A stretch of DNA of 43,860 nt, counting the filler, from Somniosus microcephalus (Eukaryota), in NCBI GenBank assembly GCA_052327205.1. It is 2 parts of 2 records of this genome, joined end to end, with 100 filler letters (N's around TTAATTAATTAA, not from the genome) between each part and the next. Parts side by side here need not be neighbours in the genome. Positions count along the whole stretch, not along the records: positions 18,688 to 43,860 come from JBMRGM010000037.1; 1 more part is not named here. One strand, written 5' to 3'. The position numbers were made by a program, and so were the translations under genes. Every line of letters starts with the position of its first letter. Position 1 is the stretch's first letter. The notes under the pieces were generated by a model. The model had not been told where the DNA came from and did no database searches. It was given only the letters and a program-made list of their open reading frames with translations. Positions 38,661-43,860 of the stretch are shown in pieces.

Positions 38661-39460
38661 ATGTGGCTCTCTATGCTGATACTGATAATTGGATATGCAG
38701 TGAGCTCTCCAGAGGTAAAAAAAAAAACTTTTGACATTACCATTATCATCTGTACACTGGACGAAGGAGGCAAATGCACCCTACTCCACATCTATGTAAC
38801 GGAACCTCGGATTAATTGTTGGTGCACATAAACAATTAAATAACTATAACAGATCATCAGAGGCATATCACTGGGATGTTCTAGTTTGGATCAGGAATAC
38901 TACAAAAGCTAATATAACAACACCGTACATAATGGGTTGTGGTACATTACAAGAAGGGTGTATAATTGGGAAATAATATAAGGATATGGTGTGTGTATCA
39001 GGTGTGAGATAAGGAACGCAAAGGCCCAAATGTGTGGAAATTCCTGACACAAAAGAATGAAATCTGGGAACTGGTACAAGAATCAAATCAGGGACCATTA
39101 GCTTAGGAAAGTAAGGATATATACAGTTATGCTGTCCTCGGTGGTGGAAGAAACATACCGGCCAGTATTCTTGTATTGGGTCGAATATTATAATGGGCTT
39201 TAAAAATCAGGATGATGATTGGCCTGCAATACCCGAATATGATGTAAAGATTATCTCAGCAGGATATGAGATTCCCAGAGATGATATAGAAATCACCGTG
39301 GCAGAACATAAACCCCTTATGATGACTTTTAAACATTGGGGAAATTATAGGGATTTTGAGAATAAAGATAACAGTACAATATAATTCAATAATGCAATAA
39401 CTGGATGTGTAAGGGACGATGGGAATCTCTATAGTGTTAAGCTTACACCCTATGAGTAAG
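38661..39460 (+). pseudogene. Decayed glycoprotein-like ORF in the env position of element 2
   Basis: Acceptor-like ttttggtttacccacag ending at 38653; ATG 38661 MWLSMLILIIGYAVSS (signal-peptide-like); a Cys-rich frame with NRS/NTT/NIT/NST sequons broken by stops. Confidence 0.4.
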
Positions 39461-40569
39461 CAAGTCATTTAGAAACACGAGATGGTGTAGCCGAGGAACA
39501 ATGTTCCCAACTAACACCAGGAGCTGGGAATGGCTTGTAATTATACCCACCTATAAAGCAGTATATCATCAATGTAAGGTTTGCAAAATTTTGGAAACTT
39601 TCAGCAGCCCCCGAAGATTATTTGATTAAAGAAAACCTGGTCGGAATCCACCTTAAAAACCCACAGAATCAAAGATGGCTGTCAGGCCTCGTGGCAAAAG
39701 AGAAAGACAGCCTGTCTGAATATCTCCCATCACTGGCTGACAATAGGATTGGAAAAAATTACCAGCCTGTGTGAATATGTTGAAGTACTTGAAACTGTCA
39801 ATCAACTGCGGTTTAGGAAGTTTTCAATACGGAACAAAGGACATTGTTTACACGAGCTCTCTACAGTGTTGACTCAAAGGCTTAAGTACTTAAAGCTGTC
39901 AATCAATTGAGGTTGCACGGTGACCACAGGACAATGGATTGGTTACAAAACACTTGAGTACTGTATACCGAAAACATAAGGTTTGTTTGCCTAGAACTTG
40001 AGAAATCAGTGGGACATTTCAAACTGAACAGCTCTATTCACAAACCAGTCAAACGAATGGGAAACGCATTCAAACCCATTACAGTCAATGGGGACAGATT
40101 GATCCATTTTGTGTGACTCAATTATGACCAGATTTAGGCACGCAGATAAGGGCTCCTAATGGGGTACAAACATAGCCCCTCAGGAAGCCATTCTCTCTGT
40201 CTACTGCCTCGCCTCCATGCCTGCCTACAAGAGGAACAGCTCAGCAGGCTGCCCAAAGAAGTGGAATACCAGCAGTTACTTTTGAATTACTGGGGTATCT
40301 CCACTTCGGGCGGTGAAGAATCCAAGACAGATCGCAGGGGCATGGAGCAGGCATTTACTGGTGAGCATCAATTTTCTTGTCCATTACAATGCAACCTAGA
40401 TAGGTATAAGGGGTGGTAATTAAAGTGGAATTTTGTTAAATTGTTATATTAGTCAATTATCCCTCGATGTGTCCATCTTCGCTCCTCCCCGTTAGGTAAA
40501 AGTGTGCTGTATTAAGTAAAACTGTGCAGTATTCATTATTATTTTTACTTTATAGCAATTTATTCTTTA

Positions 40570-43520
40570 TTTCAATAAATACTGGTCTTTGCACCCAACC
40601 ACGAGTTTTATTTTGTCTACATCGCTACTGAAATAAGTCCAGCTGTCAGAACCAGAAAGGGGAGCAATTCAAAACCGCACGGGGCCTGGGCAGCTCAGAT
40701 ACGCCTGACTGGCCAGATACAATCACCACACCAAAAAAAAAACCCTTATAAAAATGGCGACAGTGGCAGGACCATCGGCAACAGTATGCGATGTAGCAGA
40801 CGGTGGTCTGGGTCTGGAGAAAGAAGCAGTTATTGGTTTTCTTTTTATCACCCCACTGATCTGTTTGTGGTTAGGTTCCCGCAAGCTTAGGGAAGTTAAA
40901 ACAGAGAGTTGGGATAAGGAAATGGAGATTGAAGAATAACAGGCCAAGATAGAGGGCCAGGTGGACCAGTTTAGTGAGGGCAAAAGCCACACAAGGTACG
41001 AGTTAGAATACCTGAATTGCCTAGCTGCAGAGGCCAAGAGTAATGAGGTGAGGGTGTGGGAGGAGAACGCCCACCTCATACAAGAAGTAAGAGAGCAGGA
41101 GGAAAATGTTAGGGAGGTAAAGGCAGCGTATAAGCAGGCCTGAGACCTAGGGTTTGAGGAAGTAGATCATGGCCCCTGCAGGGAAGAGATAGAAAGCATA
41201 AATATGGCTTTAAAGAGGGCAAAGGGAATGATATGTCTTATCAGCCCGAAGATAGGGCAGTCGGACTGTACCAGCAACCCAAATAGAACTGTCCCACAGG
41301 CAAAACCCAGGAAAAGGTTGGTCAGGGAATTAGAGGTCCCACGACCGCCACCCAAAGCTCTGAGTTTTTAGGTGTTCTGGAAGCAAGGGGGCTGGAGGAT
41401 GACGTGGTAGGGGAAGCACAGCAGGCCCCGGTAGATAGGCCGGGACCAGGGCCAGTGTACCCCCTCCGACAATGGAGGTACGGTCCGCCTGTTGATGACG
41501 TTGACCCAGGGGCCATCTAGAATCAGTTTGTGATGCCTTATGGCACCCACCAGCTCAGGGCCATGGTTAGCCACATCCCCAAGCTCAATAAAAAGGGAGA
41601 CCTCTCTCTGCACTTCAGGGAGATAGAACAAGCAGCTTGTGTTAATGACTGTGATGGCGCAGAGCAATCTAAAATGCTGCTGTTTTCCCTGGGAGATGAT
41701 CTCCTCCAGAACCTATCTGGCGAATGCAAAAGGAGGCAGAGGGATTATGAGGGTCTGAAGAATGAGATATTGGAGGCCATGGGACTCAATGCTGGTAGTC
41801 CGTTCGCCAGGGTAGAAAGAACGGTGCAGCTCCCAGGGGAGTCCCCGCAGGCATTCGCAGACAGGCTGTGGCCAGTCTACCGGAGTGCATGCCCGGGAAC
41901 GCCAGGGCGGGCAGCACTGAACCCAGTCCAATTGAATCACTGGCTCCGTTGTCTTATGAAAAACAGCCTACCACAGTTCCAAGCCCAGGTCATGGCTTCG
42001 TTTGACCCCCGAAACCCCCAGATCACCGAAGAGGCGGTGATCCGCCGGCTCACAGTAGCATGTAGAAACATGAAGGGTACCAGGACGCACCAACCCAAAG
42101 GAAAAGTCCATGAGGTTAAACCTGGGGTCCCAAATAAGAAAGAGTGGCACCAGGAGGGGAACGGCCTCTCCCAGGCTAAGTTAAATATTTATGGGTGTGG
42201 GAAAGATGGTCACTGGAGTAAAGACTGCAAGAATCCCTGGAAAGGTAACAAGGGAAAGAATCCCACAGCCCCAGTCCAAAAGGTAGAGACGGCAATTCTA
42301 CCCGCCTCGGGCGAGTCACTATTGGAGGCAATGTGTTCTCTTCTGACTGGCCAGGGGAGAGTAGCAGCCACCACCGGTGCTTTGACCCCGTCTGCCCCAT
42401 CCCACTCCCAGCAATGACTAGAGCCAGCGCAGTCTGTCGACCTGTGTCCCCGGGAAATGCTGAGGGGAGCAGGCCCTATGTTAGGATGGGGGTGAAGACG
42501 GTGCAGGGGAGATATTCGGTGGGCACTGGAGCTTCCAGCACGGTGGTCCATTCGGGAGACCTGACCAATTCACCCCGGTTTAAAAAGGTCCCATTTAGCT
42601 TAATGGGATCCACAGGGAATGAGCAGGCAGGGGAAAAGTCAAAACCTTTGGCCATAGGTTTAGGATCCCTCCATACCACGTGGGAGGGTAACCACAAGAC
42701 CTACGAGGTGGCCAAGCAGGGGGGCTGAGAAGGAGAGTTCTGGGACTCCTGTAGAGCAGGCCCGGTAGCAGCAATCCGGGACAAGGGAGGCACACAGGGG
42801 ATAGCTTTGGCCCTGGACCAAATGCAGGTCCAAGCTCAAGATCCCACCTTTAAGGCCGCCCTGGTAAGGAGAAAGGATTTAGAACAGGGTTACTGGCAGG
42901 CTGCTAGTTATATTAAACAAAGTAAGTTGTTTAAACCTAAAAAGAAAGAGCAGCCAGTCGGGCCCAGGTCTGAGGTTAGAAATCCTTAGCCCACAGCGGG
43001 TACAAGCTCACAGGCAGAACAGGCAGGCGCTGTGCCTTGTGCCAGGGGAGGGGCCATTTCTCCCACCGTTCAGAACACTCCCTCAATCCTCTTGGATTCA
43101 GATGGGGAGGAGTCCGAGCACGAGAATTCCACCCCTGAGTCAGATTTGGAACCTGGGGGCGGAAACTCACAGCCTGCTGCAACAGGCGGCGAAAGGTTAC
43201 CTGTCCCCAGCCCAGGTTTGGGTAGGGAGGGACCCGAGGGAGAAGGTCCCCAGCAAGCAAGGGCTGTGACCCGAGATAAGGGTCCGCTCGCAATGGTAGC
43301 CCCACCAGCGACAATCCCTAGGAGGTCTCTTCGTGTACCCCAGCCCAGGAAAGTATAGTCCCCAGCTTTCCAGTGGAAAAGGGTGGTTACCCGAGTCAGG
43401 GAGAAGCCAAAAGATGGAGGTCCCCAAAAAGCAGCCATAAGCTGCGAGGGACCAGAAGTTGGGATCAGTCCAGCTTTGCTGCAGGCAGTAGCCTGCCACA
43501 GTCCTAACAGGGATTAGGCT
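40570..43520 (+). mobile_element. Retrovirus-like element 3: internally deleted relative of element 1
   Basis: AATAAA ~40574; U5-like 40583-40750 homologous to 29207-29370; PBS-like 40755-40771; gag, partial PR, short RH-end and IN pieces, IN C-terminal tail. Confidence 0.85.
41530..42417 (+). CDS. Gag capsid/nucleocapsid ORF of element 3 (open 295 codons; N-terminal part decayed)
   Basis: Homologous to element 1 gag (SHIPKL, QLPGESPQAFADRLW); the zinc knuckle IYGCGKDGHWSKDC has lost its first Cys. Confidence 0.8.
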   Translation: MMPYGTHQLRAMVSHIPKLNKKGDLSLHFREIEQAACVNDCDGAEQSKMLLFSLGDDLLQNLSGECKRRQRDYEGLKNEILEAMGLNAGSPFARVERTVQLPGESPQAFADRLWPVYRSACPGTPGRAALNPVQLNHWLRCLMKNSLPQFQAQVMASFDPRNPQITEEAVIRRLTVACRNMKGTRTHQPKGKVHEVKPGVPNKKEWHQEGNGLSQAKLNIYGCGKDGHWSKDCKNPWKGNKGKNPTAPVQKVETAILPASGESLLEAMCSLLTGQGRVAATTGALTPSAPSHSQQ

Positions 43521-43860
43521 GGCCGCCCAGAACGGGCGGTGAATGCATATAGTTTAAGTAGTGAAATTTTAAGTAATGTGTATAAGTAAATTAGACTGTG
43601 TTAATTTGAATTTTATATTGCAATTGGTAGTCTTAAGTATTAGAGTATAAGTTTTAAGTATGAAACCGTTCCAGAGTGTTGTCTATGTGAGCGAAGGGTG
43701 CGGGACCCGATCACACTCCCCCGAGCCAGGGGACCTGGCTAGATTTTTATTTAGTCGTTTTCAGAGTTTCGAAAAGTGCGGAGGAACATCGTGTCTTTGG
43801 TAGCTCAGGGAAGGGAGCACCCCTAGCCCACGAAGGGAGGGGTCTGCAGAAGGCAGATGC

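Overview
Repeat-dense vertebrate genomic DNA. The repeat families (CR1 LINEs, SacSINE1-like DeuSINEs, a 67-bp satellite) point to a cartilaginous fish; this is inference. The left half (1-20.3 kb) holds four minus-strand coding exons of an EEIG/FAM102-family NT-C2 gene (15643-15763, 11939-11968, 5309-5425, 3306-3352) with canonical splice sites. Its CpG-rich promoter lies at about 19.3-20.3 kb, and the first coding exon probably falls in the assembly gap at 18588-18687. The introns are packed with nested CR1, L2, RTE-X-like, SINE and Penelope fragments and tandem repeats. The right half (20.5-43.9 kb) is decayed transposon sequence. It includes three retrovirus-like LTR elements; the most complete has tether plus RNase H and an in-frame UGA gag-pol junction, and another has a decayed glycoprotein-like ORF after integrase (lokiretrovirus-like by inference). 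It also includes a two-gene Harbinger remnant, an inverted Penelope pair with minimal hammerhead ribozymes, and more CR1. I see no intact new system. The best leads are the divergent EEIG paralog, the retrovirus-like family with its env-position ORF, and the duplicated promoter module. Repeat boundaries are approximate and family names come from recalled motifs, not searches.
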